Below, piece after piece: positions 8,439 to 17,487 of a DNA stretch of 59,571 bases. Under the pieces are notes generated by a model, which was given only the letters and a program-made list of their open reading frames with translations, was not told the origin of the DNA and did not search any database. The stretch is from a virus (taxonomy: Duplodnaviria > Caudoviricetes), in the IMG/VR virus record IMGVR_UViG_3300037478_000385, positions 1-59,571 of that record; one strand, given 5' to 3'. A program made the position numbers and the translations under genes. The stretch's first letter is position 1, and every line of letters begins with the position of its first letter.

Positions 8439-9466
8439 TGGTTCTCCTGTGCGTCTCGGGCTGCGGCTCGGGCCATGGCGCGGGCGAACATGTCGTCGTC
8501 GGCTTGCTGCTGGCGGCTACGGAAGGGGACGACATCGGCGCCAGCAGCGGCGGGGAGGTTGCCGTCCTGGGGCTCGGGCTGGGGGTCGGGTTCGTCGTCG
8601 TAGCAGCCCTTGTTGAGCCAGGTGGCGGGGTACTTCGTGTACTTGGGGTCCTGGCCGTGGCGTTCGCGGGCGTAGGTGGCTGCCGCTTCGGTGATCTTCT
8701 GCGGGTCGACGCCGGTCTTCACCGCGGCCTGCCATGCCTTGAGGGCTGCCTGCTTGTCGCGCTTCTTGGGGTAGGCGCGGTAGAAGGCGTCGAAGGCGGT
8801 GGGGTCTTCGGGCTGTCGGTCGGGCGCGACCTCGTGGCCGCCTGTGTCGAAGAGGAGATCGCCGCTGAGGGAGCCGTGTCCCGCATCGGCAGATGCGGAA
8901 GAGTCTTTGTCTTTCGGTTCGGTAGTTGGTTCTTCTTTTGGTTCGGCGGACGTCCACGTCCCCCCGCTGTGACGTCCACGTCCCCCCGCTGTGACGTCCA
9001 CGTCCCCCCGGACGTCCACGTCCCCCCGGACGTCCACGTCCGGTCGCTCCGGCGTTGACTCCTGCTCTGACCTGGCCTTATTCGCGCGGCGCATCTCAAC
9101 GCCGCGCGCACGGGCGGACGCCAGCGTCCGGGCGGACGTCCGCGTCCCCTCGTCGTCACCCGCGCGGCCCTTCGGAACACGGATCTCGACTGCCATGTCA
9201 TAGACCGTCGGCCGCTTGTCCGCGGCGATGTGCACGGCCTTGTCCTGGTCGCCCCGGCGGATCAGCTTGAGGTCTTCCAGCTCGCGAAGATCGCGGCGTA
9301 CTGAGCGCTCCGATTTGCAGGCGTACGCGGCCAGCCGGGCCAGCGACGGGAACGCGCCGCGGCCCTGCTTATCTGCGTGGTAGGCCAGCCCGATGAGGGT
9401 GGCAACCAGTTGGGCAGGCATGGGTGGAGCGAACTCAACCGCCCACTTCACTGCATCGGTGCTCAC
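8435..9466 (-). CDS. Replication initiator protein 1 (N-terminal HTH, internal iterons)
   Basis: LAYHAD..G.AFPSLARLA...SERSVRRDLRELE; FDAFYRAYPKK and YPATWLNKGCYDD. Confidence 0.85.
   Translation of the reverse strand: MSTDAVKWAVEFAPPMPAQLVATLIGLAYHADKQGRGAFPSLARLAAYACKSERSVRRDLRELEDLKLIRRGDQDKAVHIAADKRPTVYDMAVEIRVPKGRAGDDEGTRTSARTLASARARGVEMRRANKARSEQESTPERPDVDVRGDVDVRGDVDVTAGGRGRHSGGTWTSAEPKEEPTTEPKDKDSSASADAGHGSLSGDLLFDTGGHEVAPDRQPEDPTAFDAFYRAYPKKRDKQAALKAWQAAVKTGVDPQKITEAAATYARERHGQDPKYTKYPATWLNKGCYDDEPDPQPEPQDGNLPAAAGADVVPFRSRQQQADDDMFARAMARAAARDAQENQ
8900..9146. repeat. Iteron array and T-rich tract, putative origin 1
   Basis: GACGTCCACGTC at 8949, 8971, 8993, 9011, 9029; degenerate copies at 9117 and 9135; T-rich 8900-8945. 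Confidence 0.8.
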
Positions 9467-9538
9467 GTGCTCTCTTCTCGCTGCGGTGCGGGTAGGGACC
9501 GGGGCGGGGCCGCCACAATGGACGGCCCCGCGGTGCAG

Positions 9539-10282
9539 CTACGCCGCTTCCATATCGAACAAGGCGGCTTCCTCCCGGAGCCCGTTGAGGACCGAGATCA
9601 CCAGCCACGACGTGAAGTGCCGGTTGAAGTTGCCGACCAGAAGCGAGCTGGACGACGACAGGTGCAGCCCGTCGGGAAGCTCGCTGCGGCGGTGGTCGCC
9701 GTGCTTGCGCATGAACTCGAAGCAGCCCCAGTCGCGAAGCATCAGCCGGTGCTCGCCGTCCTCATCGCGGAAGCGCAGACGCGGGATGAATGCGAAGCGC
9801 TTCGCGCCTTTCGGTTCCGGCTTGCCGCTGTCGAACAGGGCAAGCTGTGGCGAGTCGGGGCTGTCGGGGTTGTGGTCGAATTCCATGTCGTACTGGTCCG
9901 GGTGGAGTACGGCGAGGGACAGCCGCTTGGCGTTGGCTTCCTTGATGGAGGCGACTTCGTACGGGCGCAGGAGCGCGGCCCGGCTGGTGCGCGGGTACTC
10001 CTTGCGGATGCAGGTGAAGGCGCCGTTGATGTGCTCGTGCGCGCCGGGGCTGCGGTCGCCTGCGAGCTTCCAGGAAGCGGGCCGGTGGTCCTTGGGGTTG
10101 CGCTCCAGATGGACGGTGTTCACGGACCATCGGGGCGGGGCGCCATAGCGGGACAGTGGGTAGATGCGCAGGAGTTGCTTGAGCTGGGGGCTGACGCCAG
10201 CGGAGCAGACGAATATGCGGCCGTCGCTGCTGGGCTCGGGGACGGTTTTGCCGAGCATCACGAAGTCGTCGATGGTGATCAA
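9539..10282 (-). CDS. Conserved hypothetical protein, possibly OB-fold nucleic-acid binding
   Basis: GKTVPEPS..GRIFVCSAG...LRIYP...D.RP.SW; TTG start overlaps the upstream stop. Confidence 0.6.
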   Translation of the reverse strand: MITIDDFVMLGKTVPEPSSDGRIFVCSAGVSPQLKQLLRIYPLSRYGAPPRWSVNTVHLERNPKDHRPASWKLAGDRSPGAHEHINGAFTCIRKEYPRTSRAALLRPYEVASIKEANAKRLSLAVLHPDQYDMEFDHNPDSPDSPQLALFDSGKPEPKGAKRFAFIPRLRFRDEDGEHRLMLRDWGCFEFMRKHGDHRRSELPDGLHLSSSSSLLVGNFNRHFTSWLVISVLNGLREEAALFDMEAA

Positions 10283-11301
10283 AGTTCGTCTGCCCCGTTC
10301 TTGAGGATGTCGCCATGGCAGGGCTCGGGTGCGCACCAGCAGCCGAGGGCTTTGCCCTTGAGCTCGTGCAACTTGTCGAGGAGGGACGGCTTATGCGGCA
10401 GGTAATGGCGCTCGTAATTGGCGATGACGGTGTCGCGGTCGCCGTCGCCGGGGAGTTCGAAGGGGTTACCCCAGGGACTGCGGCGGTCGATGCGGACATA
10501 GAGCCCGGCAGCGTCGGCCCATTCGATGAGGTTGTTGTGCGGGCCGCGCAGGGTCACGACGACGGTTTCACCGGACCGGAGTTGCTTGAGGAGGTCGCGT
10601 TCGTCGTCTGACCAGGTCGCGAAGATGCGTTCCTGGCGGATCTCTTCGAGGATCGGCTCGACATCGATTGAGTCGGGCATTGCCGCGGATGCCTCGCGAA
10701 GAAGCTCCTCGGTCAGGTGATGCAGAATGTCATCCTTAACATCACGCATCACCGTGCTCTGGTTGATGCCAAGGTGATCGGCGATTTGGCGCTGTGACCA
10801 TCCGGCGCGTGTCAGAAGGAGTGCCGCTACTTGCCGGACGTTGCGCCGGTGTTCGACGATGTCGCCGACCCACTTACTCACCGTCTGCCGCGTGACCCCG
10901 GAATACTTCGCGATCGTCTTCAGGTCGTAGTCCGGGTTCGACTCCGCGATCTCCCGCGCGATCGTCTTCAGCTCATCGCCCTTGATCCGGTCGCCGTGCT
11001 TCGCCGACAGGCTCGCGGCGAACAGCTTCGCCGGGACACCCTCCGGGACCTCCTGCCAGACGACCCGGATCTCATCCCGGAGTGCCTGCTTGTGGGCCTG
11101 CCACCGGTGCATGCCGTCGAGGAGCCGGTTCGTGTCGGGCTCCAGGACGATCGGCGGGAACTCGTCTCCGGCGTTGAGGGCTTCGGCGTAGCGGTTGACG
11201 GTGGCCTGGGACCACTCGACGCGGGGGTAGATGGTGGGGTCGTACACGACTTCGGAGACGTTGATGTCGGCCACGTGCTCTCTTTCCTCGGGTTGGTTCA
11301 T
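10279..11301 (-). CDS. ParB/Srx N-terminal plus HTH plus DUF4326 fusion protein
   Basis: FPPIVL...LLDGMHR; WSQRQIADHLGINQSTV; IDRRSPWGNPF...LKGKALGCWCAPEPCHGDIL. Confidence 0.85.
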   Translation of the reverse strand: MNQPEEREHVADINVSEVVYDPTIYPRVEWSQATVNRYAEALNAGDEFPPIVLEPDTNRLLDGMHRWQAHKQALRDEIRVVWQEVPEGVPAKLFAASLSAKHGDRIKGDELKTIAREIAESNPDYDLKTIAKYSGVTRQTVSKWVGDIVEHRRNVRQVAALLLTRAGWSQRQIADHLGINQSTVMRDVKDDILHHLTEELLREASAAMPDSIDVEPILEEIRQERIFATWSDDERDLLKQLRSGETVVVTLRGPHNNLIEWADAAGLYVRIDRRSPWGNPFELPGDGDRDTVIANYERHYLPHKPSLLDKLHELKGKALGCWCAPEPCHGDILKNGADEL

Positions 11302-11356
11302 GGCATGGCTGAATTACCAGGTCAGGGTGGATTTGCTGGCGCTCTGCCTACCCTTG

Positions 11357-11447
11357 ATCCTACATCAGGGTGACCGGTCAATGGATAGCTAAATGACGGC
11401 CGTGATGTGGCCCCCCGCTGGATAGGCATTGACCGGTCAGCTACGCT
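11357..11447. promoter_or_regulatory. Divergent promoters with two TGACCGGTCA palindromes
   Basis: Palindromes at 11371-11380 and 11430-11439 next to -10-like TAGGAT (minus) and TACGCT (plus). Confidence 0.65.
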
Positions 11448-11453
11448 GCTGAC

Positions 11454-11636
11454 ATGACCACGAAGGGACACACCGGCCGCGTGATCCGCCTCGACGACGA
11501 GACATGGGCGGACTACGGCGAGCTGTGCGCCGAGAAGGGCACCAAGCGGGCGACCGACGTGCGCATGTACATCAAGCGCGAGGTCGCCGAATGGCGCCGC
11601 CGGAAGGCCGCTGAGGAGCGCGCGTCCCGTCCGTGA
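11454..11636 (+). CDS. Small ribbon-helix-helix-like regulator
   Basis: RVIRLDDETWADY...RATDVRMYI; probably leaderless. Confidence 0.65.
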   Translation: MTTKGHTGRVIRLDDETWADYGELCAEKGTKRATDVRMYIKREVAEWRRRKAAEERASRP

Positions 11637-11710
11637 GCACGGCGTGCCGTACCGGCCGCACGGCCAGCGCGACACACCACCACGGGCCCCAGTCACAGCG
11701 TCGGCCCGGC

Positions 11711-11908
11711 TCACACATCCGCCCCGAGCCAACGCCGCAACCCAGCCCTGGCGTTCGCCAACGACCTGTTCCCACCAGATGGAGACGCAGGCACCGTCAC
11801 CGCACGCCCATCCCGACCCGTCACCCGGTAATGACCATTCCGGGCAACCCGCACCACAAAGCCCTGCCGCCGCAGAGCACGTATCAGCTGCTGCACTTCC
11901 TTGTTCAC
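11711..11908 (-). CDS. HicA-like protein
   Basis: KEVQQLIRALRRQGF.V...NGHYRV...VTVPASPS. Confidence 0.65.
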   Translation of the reverse strand: MNKEVQQLIRALRRQGFVVRVARNGHYRVTGRDGRAVTVPASPSGGNRSLANARAGLRRWLGADV

Positions 11909-12120
11909 GCGATGTGTCCTGTCTGGTAGGCGTCGGCCGCTTCTGCGGCCTGGGTGGCGAGGGCCTGCTCTGCGCACACCTTGTGGGCTGGTTTCTTGCG
12001 GGAGTCGCGGAGGTGGGTGTCCCCGCCGCAGTAGCGACAGGGCGCCGGTTCCCAGGCCCAGTGCCGCGGGTGCCGCCAGTCGAGGAGCACCGGCTCCCCG
12101 GCCGGCGGCACGGCGGTCAC
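11905..12120 (-). CDS. Small zinc-binding protein
   Basis: PCRYCGG...HKVCAE. Confidence 0.6.
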   Translation of the reverse strand: MTAVPPAGEPVLLDWRHPRHWAWEPAPCRYCGGDTHLRDSRKKPAHKVCAEQALATQAAEAADAYQTGHIA

Positions 12121-12515
12121 GACACGCCCTGCTTGCGGCGCTGGTTGGCTTGCCTCTCGGCCGAGGCGCACCCCGGGCAGATCGGCTCGTGCGCGCGGCG
12201 GTGACGCTTGGCGCCGGCCTCCGTACCGCACGGGGCCGGGGCCTGCGGCAGCCTGGGTGGTGTGGTGGTTTTACCGCGGGCAGCAGCCCGCCAAAAGCGG
12301 TGCCGCTCATCCTCGGACAGGCCACCCCACACACCGTCGGCCTCACCGTGCTCATCCGCGTGCGCCTGGCACGTCTGTATGACGGGGCAGCGCATACAGA
12401 CCGCCTTGGCATCTTTGATGCCCAGCTCATCGCTGGGGGCGGGGAACATCAGATCCGGGACTTCGCGGCATGCGGCGGCGGTACGCCAGTCGCGTGCGAA
12501 TGCTCGGGTGCTCAC
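12117..12515 (-). CDS. whiB: WhiB-family transcriptional regulator
   Basis: AAC...AKAVCMRCPV...C...GVWGGLSEDER. Confidence 0.9.
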   Translation of the reverse strand: MSTRAFARDWRTAAACREVPDLMFPAPSDELGIKDAKAVCMRCPVIQTCQAHADEHGEADGVWGGLSEDERHRFWRAAARGKTTTPPRLPQAPAPCGTEAGAKRHRRAHEPICPGCASAERQANQRRKQGVS

Positions 12516-12922
12516 CGTGCAGCCTCCCGCATCACCCGATCCGCCAAATGGCCGCCCGCGACGCACCCGGGCATGCCGCACGCATTCCTGACCTGGCCCT
12601 CCGGTACGCGGCCATGATGGATCCGGAACGCCACCCGGTACGCCGACCCCTGAAAGCCGCGGTGCCGCACTACCGGCACACCGGACGAGTTACGCCACCC
12701 GGTCCAGTCCAGATGCCCACCACCGGCGCACGCGGCATGAGCCCAGTAGGCGGCCTCGACACTCTGGTACCGCGGCGAGCTGCCGTACCGGTGGGGCGCG
12801 GGAAGCCCCAATGCCTCGCGTGTGAGCTGCACGGTCTGCGGACGGACACGGAGTTGGCGGGCGATATAGATCTGTGGAACCCCAGCGTGCAGGAGCTCTG
12901 CGATGTCGTCGCGGATCAGCAT
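12512..12922 (-). CDS. HTH plus degenerate HNH/His-Me-like protein
   Basis: IARQL HTH; GGHLDWTG; RVAFRI; CGMPGCVAGGHL. Confidence 0.6.
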   Translation of the reverse strand: MLIRDDIAELLHAGVPQIYIARQLRVRPQTVQLTREALGLPAPHRYGSSPRYQSVEAAYWAHAACAGGGHLDWTGWRNSSGVPVVRHRGFQGSAYRVAFRIHHGRVPEGQVRNACGMPGCVAGGHLADRVMREAAR

Positions 12923-13149
12923 GCTGTCTCCCACCTGGCGCGCCAACGGTTCACAGTCCGCTCGGCCACACCGATCCGTGCGGCGATCTCACGGAACCCG
13001 AGCCCCGCCTGGGTGAGGACCTGGGCGGCGAACTCCCGCTCGGCGTCGGTGAGCTCGGGCAGGGGCCGACTGTCGGCGAGATGCCGGCCGATAGCGATCA
13101 GGTCGATCGTGTGACCGCGGTAGCGGGTGGTGGTCTGATAGGTGCTCAT
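12916..13149 (-). CDS. Small HTH protein
   Basis: GLGFREIAARIGVAERTVNRWR. Confidence 0.75.
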   Translation of the reverse strand: MSTYQTTTRYRGHTIDLIAIGRHLADSRPLPELTDAEREFAAQVLTQAGLGFREIAARIGVAERTVNRWRARWETAC

Positions 13150-13718
13150 GGGCGGGTCACCGCCTGCCGCTGCTTGGCTTTCTGCTCGCGCTTGCACGCT
13201 TCGCAGTAGGCGCGCCCGTCGGCCTCGTACCGGCCGTGCTGGGCCTGGTCGTGCCCGTGCACGCACTGCTCTGGCCGGGCCTGGCCACCGGTGAGGTACC
13301 GCAACTGCTCGCGGGTCCGCATCCGGCCGACCTCGTCGTCGACATGCTCGGGTGCGACGCAGTGCTGGTGGCCGCACTCGGCGAACACATAGCCGATGGG
13401 GTCCCTTCCGGTGCGGATGCGGAAGGCGACGGCGGCGGCGCTGTACGACTTTGGCCAGTACCGCAGGACTGGAGTGCCGGAGCATTTGGCGCGCTCGCCG
13501 GTCCACTCCAGGTGCCCGCCGTCGGGCCGGGTGTTGGCCTCCCACTTCTGCTCGAGGGTGAGCGGCTGGGGGATGTGGACACGGTTCGGGATGCGGAGTT
13601 CGGCGCGGATGCGGCGTACACGGACGCGGTCGGCGCGGAGTTCGCGGGCGATGGCGGTGTTCGATTTTCCTTCGCGGAGGGCGGTGATGATCTGGTCGCG
13701 GGTGGCTTTCTGGTTCAC
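13146..13718 (-). CDS. HTH plus degenerate HNH/His-Me-like protein (paralog)
   Basis: SNTAIAREL; GGHLEWTG; VAFRI; CGHQHCVAPEH; C-terminal CVHGH...CEAC. Confidence 0.6.
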   Translation of the reverse strand: MNQKATRDQIITALREGKSNTAIARELRADRVRVRRIRAELRIPNRVHIPQPLTLEQKWEANTRPDGGHLEWTGERAKCSGTPVLRYWPKSYSAAAVAFRIRTGRDPIGYVFAECGHQHCVAPEHVDDEVGRMRTREQLRYLTGGQARPEQCVHGHDQAQHGRYEADGRAYCEACKREQKAKQRQAVTRP

Positions 13719-13774
13719 CGTGTGGTCACCGCCTCGCGGTCGGGCCGCTGGCAGCCGGGCTGGCGGTAGACAGG

Positions 13775-14053
13775 TCAGGCATCTGCGGCCTCCCGGGAAT
13801 CCCGTGCGGTGCCGCATGCGACGCAGGTGGCGGTGCCGGCCTGGTCGTCTTCGTGCGCCGTGTACCGGACGCACCGGTCGCAGTCTGCGATGACCACGAG
13901 GTACGCGCCGGCGGGGTCGAACGTGGCGTGTACCGGCCGCGGCGTGTACCGGTGGCGCAGGCACCGCACGACCGCAGTCAGCCGGACATGCACCGCCCAC
14001 ACCAAGACCGCGAGGCCAACTCCGGCCGCAGCACCAGCAGCTTGAGTGATCAC
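13775..14053 (-). CDS. Membrane-anchored zinc-ribbon protein
   Basis: N-terminal TM segment; CDRC/CVACG. Confidence 0.5.
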   Translation of the reverse strand: MITQAAGAAAGVGLAVLVWAVHVRLTAVVRCLRHRYTPRPVHATFDPAGAYLVVIADCDRCVRYTAHEDDQAGTATCVACGTARDSREAADA

Positions 14054-14349
14054 GACTTGGTCTCCTCACGCTTGTCCTGGCGGCTCTCCTGCCAGCGCTC
14101 GCCCGCGGTGACGGCCGGGCCGTCGATGCCGCACGCCTGATCCAGACGCTTCTGCAAGGACCGGTTGCGGCACTCAAGCCGCCAGTTCGCGGCGTCTGCC
14201 TCGGCGTATTGGCGGGTGATGGTTTGGCGGTCGGCGTACTCGGTCTCAGCGACCCGCGCTGCGGCCTCGGCGTGCTCGCGCATACGGTCGAGCCGGTCAC
14301 GCAGATCAGCGATGTCACGCCGGTACCGGCGTCGGCTAACGAAGAGCAC
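14050..14349 (-). CDS. Hypothetical coiled-coil protein
   Basis: ORF in operon with RBS. Confidence 0.6.
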   Translation of the reverse strand: MLFVSRRRYRRDIADLRDRLDRMREHAEAAARVAETEYADRQTITRQYAEADAANWRLECRNRSLQKRLDQACGIDGPAVTAGERWQESRQDKREETKS

Positions 14350-15079
14350 CGGTGGCCTCCTTGAACAGGATCAGTGGCCACTGCGGCCGGACGGTCGGGG
14401 CGAGGTGTTCCTTGCCGGGTGTGCGCGCGAAGTACTCCTGCCGGGAGGCGGCCTGCTCGGCTGCCCACCCGATCTGCTGCTCGTGCAGCTCGGCGAGGGC
14501 CGCCCGGCCTACCTCCGGGTACTGCTGGGCGATACGCCACGCGACCCGGCACGCGGCGATCGCGTCGGCGTCAGCCGAGTGCGCGCCGGTCAGGATCACG
14601 CGGTAGTGGGCACACAGCGCTTCGAGCTTCCGCGACCCGGGCCTGTAGCGGTCGTATTGCCGGTCCAGGACCATGGGGTCGATGACACGGAGCTGGTCCG
14701 GGCCGATGATGTCGACCAGCGGCTGTATACCGTGCCGCCGCGCCTCACGATCGAGCAGCGTCAGGTCATACGCGGCGTTCATGGCGACGATCGGGATGCC
14801 GTCGCGCTGTACCTGCGCGAGCGCGGCCACGATGCTCTCGACGACCTCGGCTGCCGGGGCCCCCTTGGAGCGCGCCCGATCGGTGGTGATGCCGTGGATC
14901 TTCGCCGCGGCGTCGGGGATCTCGACACTGGGGTCAGCGAGCCACGACGCGGACTGCACCGGATGTCCACCACCACACTGCACAACCGCTGCGGTCACGA
15001 TCCGGTCAGACTCGACATCCAGGCCAGTCGATTCGCAGTCGAAGCCGGCCATCCTCTGCTCACTCCATACAGTGCTCAC
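14336..15079 (-). CDS. DnaQ-like (DEDDh) 3-5 exonuclease
   Basis: FDCESTG, MNAAYDLTLL, AHSADADA motifs. Confidence 0.9.
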   Translation of the reverse strand: MSTVWSEQRMAGFDCESTGLDVESDRIVTAAVVQCGGGHPVQSASWLADPSVEIPDAAAKIHGITTDRARSKGAPAAEVVESIVAALAQVQRDGIPIVAMNAAYDLTLLDREARRHGIQPLVDIIGPDQLRVIDPMVLDRQYDRYRPGSRKLEALCAHYRVILTGAHSADADAIAACRVAWRIAQQYPEVGRAALAELHEQQIGWAAEQAASRQEYFARTPGKEHLAPTVRPQWPLILFKEATGALR

Positions 15080-15606
15080 TGCTCGCCCCCGGCGGTGAGC
15101 TGCGGCAGGTCGAGATGAGCGAGGCGCCCATCCCGCCACGCGGCGGCAATCGCCTGCTCGGCACCGTCAGCCATCAACACACGGTGTGTGGCCTTCCGCC
15201 ACACCCGCACGTCCACACCCGGCACATCGTGCAGCTCACCCGTCTCGGTATTGACGACGCGGGCCACGCCTGCTGCGCCCATCTCCTTCAGCAGCCGGTT
15301 GGCGAATGCGGTGCGGACCTCGGTGACGACCCGGGAAACGACCTCATCTGGGTAGGTGTCGCGGACCCACTTCAGAAACAGGTCCGAGTCGACGACTCGG
15401 GCTTCTTCCTTCGGTGTGGTCAGACTGGTGGTGGCCAGTGGTGTGCCGCCAGGCAGTTCAGCCGCTACACGGGTGGTGCCCGTTGTTTTCTTGGCTGCGT
15501 CCAGCTGGAGTTGCGTGTCTTCGCGTGCAGCGTCGTAGGCGGCCTTGACCTTCTCGTGGACGGTCTTGAGGACGGCCTCGCGCTCCGCGGCTTCTTTCAG
15601 TCCCAT
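15076..15606 (-). CDS. Conserved phage protein
   Basis: Between recT-like and exonuclease genes; TETGELHDVPGV. Confidence 0.7.
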   Translation of the reverse strand: MGLKEAAEREAVLKTVHEKVKAAYDAAREDTQLQLDAAKKTTGTTRVAAELPGGTPLATTSLTTPKEEARVVDSDLFLKWVRDTYPDEVVSRVVTEVRTAFANRLLKEMGAAGVARVVNTETGELHDVPGVDVRVWRKATHRVLMADGAEQAIAAAWRDGRLAHLDLPQLTAGGEQ

Positions 15607-15674
15607 ATGCGATGCTCCCTATGGGGCCGCCCCTTCATGGGTGTGCGGGGGCGGCCCCGATCGACGGTGGTGAG

Positions 15675-16649
15675 TTACGCGGCGGTGCCGCGGAGTTGGT
15701 CGAGGAGTCCGCGGATCGCGGCCGGGGACACGTCGGCCAGTGGGGCGCCGAGCGCGCCGTAGGCATCGGCATCGATATCCGTGAGCCCGGCCTCAGCCGC
15801 GAACGCATGGAGCTCAGCCACGACCATGGCGTGCTCATCCGCGGCCGGCTCGTCAACCACGTCGCCCTCAACCACGTCGCTGTCATCTGCCTGTGCATCG
15901 GCGAGAGGTGCCTGCTCGGCGGCGGCCTTCTCCCGGCCTACAGCGGCGATCTGCTCCAGATACTCCGGGACAGCTCCGTCCTGCGCAGCCCGGCGGTAGA
16001 CGACGCGTACAGCCTCGGCGTCTGCGGCCCCGCGCGCCTCGTGGAGATAGTCCCGGCCCTGCGCCGCCGTCTGCGGCCCGGCTTGCGCGGCGACAGGACG
16101 GAGCGGCTGCACCGGGGCGTCGACCGGGTTGCCGTCCTGGTCGACGACTGCGCCCAGCTCCTCAGGCGTGTAGATCGTGCCCTGCAAGATCTCGGAGCAG
16201 GCAGCGCGCGCAACCTCGGTGATCGCGCGAGCCTTGAGCATGGCGGCGGGGAACTGCTGCCAGGTGTCCTTGCCAGTCAACTTCGCAGCCTGAGCCCGTT
16301 CGATGGTCCACACGACACGGAACTCGAACTCAGGGTCGTCAGCCCGGATGACTACGGCCTCCGCGCGCCGGTCGTCACCCGTCACGCGGAGCTTGTGACC
16401 TGCGCGGCGTACGAGTCCGGCGATCAGGTCAGCGGACGCGGTAGGCCGCCCCTGGATGACGTGGATGGACTGGACGGCAGTCATGGGATCTACGCCGAGG
16501 GTCTGCCCGTAGGAGATGGCCCACAGGAGGTTGGCGGGCTGCTTGAAGTACTGCTTGGGGAGAAGGTTGGACTCTGCCAGCGCGCGGGCGTATTCCATCT
16601 GTGCGGCGATGACGTTGGGTTGGTAGTGGGCGGGAAGGTTGGCGCTCAT
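15675..16649 (-). CDS. RecT-like ssDNA-annealing protein
   Basis: LLPKQY..QPANLL.AI.YG..LG.DPMTAVQSIHVIQGRP...W...P.AML.ARA. Confidence 0.8.
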   Translation of the reverse strand: MSANLPAHYQPNVIAAQMEYARALAESNLLPKQYFKQPANLLWAISYGQTLGVDPMTAVQSIHVIQGRPTASADLIAGLVRRAGHKLRVTGDDRRAEAVVIRADDPEFEFRVVWTIERAQAAKLTGKDTWQQFPAAMLKARAITEVARAACSEILQGTIYTPEELGAVVDQDGNPVDAPVQPLRPVAAQAGPQTAAQGRDYLHEARGAADAEAVRVVYRRAAQDGAVPEYLEQIAAVGREKAAAEQAPLADAQADDSDVVEGDVVDEPAADEHAMVVAELHAFAAEAGLTDIDADAYGALGAPLADVSPAAIRGLLDQLRGTAA

Positions 16650-17122
16650 GCCTGGTTCCCCCGGTGGTTGGTGGTGTCGTCTGTGGTCGGCTGGTGTTCG
16701 GGGCAGAGCCAGGTGTCCATCGGGTGGTGGGACCAGCCGCGCTCTTCGGCCTTCGCGGACCAGGCGCCGTGGGGGCAGTGTGGGTGGGCGCAGTCGATGA
16801 ACTCGCCGAGATCGGCGCGGGTGGACTCGGCCTGGGGGCTGTCCTTCCCGTGCTCGTCGGCCATCAGGCGCAGCGTCGTGACAGCCTCGTTCCAGGCTTT
16901 CGGCGCGGAGACCAGCGAATCCTCTGGCCCTAGACAAGCGAGACCATTGGCTGCCTCGCGCAGCCCCTCTGCCACGCCGCGCTGATATGCGGCATCAATG
17001 TGGGGCAGTACGAGTTGGAACCCTGCCTCGGTGAGGCCGGGCCCCTTCTCGAAGGCCCATTCCGTGATGGCTTCCAGGGTGCCGCGCAGCCCAGCGAGCG
17101 CGGCCTCTTCACGGGCACTCAT
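16646..17122 (-). CDS. Hypothetical protein
   Basis: Operonic ORF with C-terminal Cys cluster. Confidence 0.6.
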   Translation of the reverse strand: MSAREEAALAGLRGTLEAITEWAFEKGPGLTEAGFQLVLPHIDAAYQRGVAEGLREAANGLACLGPEDSLVSAPKAWNEAVTTLRLMADEHGKDSPQAESTRADLGEFIDCAHPHCPHGAWSAKAEERGWSHHPMDTWLCPEHQPTTDDTTNHRGNQA

Positions 17123-17487
17123 GCTGTCCTCCGCTCGCGCTGCGCGGACACCGGCACCGGGCCGGCCAGTTCCCGCAGCCTGTCGGCCAGCGCCAGGACC
17201 TCACGCCCATACACCGGCAGCTCAAAGCCCAGATCAGCCACGAGCTGCTCAACCAGCAGAGACTCCGGCCGGTGACCGTCATACGGCCCGGCTGTGGCCC
17301 GCTCCTCAGCGATCTCCAACAGCACGTCGAGGTGGTGGTCCACCAGGTCCAGGACCAGAGCGGTGACGGTGTGCTCGACGTCCAACACGACACCGGTAGG
17401 GGTACGGCGGACGTAGATACGGTGCGGGCCAGACACCACAGGGCGGCGGCCAAGAACGCGCGCCAAGGCGCGACGGATGGTCTTCAC
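17119..17487 (-). CDS. Hypothetical protein
   Basis: GTG start with GGAGG RBS, coupled. Confidence 0.6.
   Translation of the reverse strand: MKTIRRALARVLGRRPVVSGPHRIYVRRTPTGVVLDVEHTVTALVLDLVDHHLDVLLEIAEERATAGPYDGHRPESLLVEQLVADLGFELPVYGREVLALADRLRELAGPVPVSAQRERRTA

Noticed and set aside
8949-9040. Regular repeats as a CRISPR or guide array
   Set aside because: Spacers are 6-10 bp and non-unique, the repeats lie inside the initiator gene, and no cas genes are present; iterons fit better
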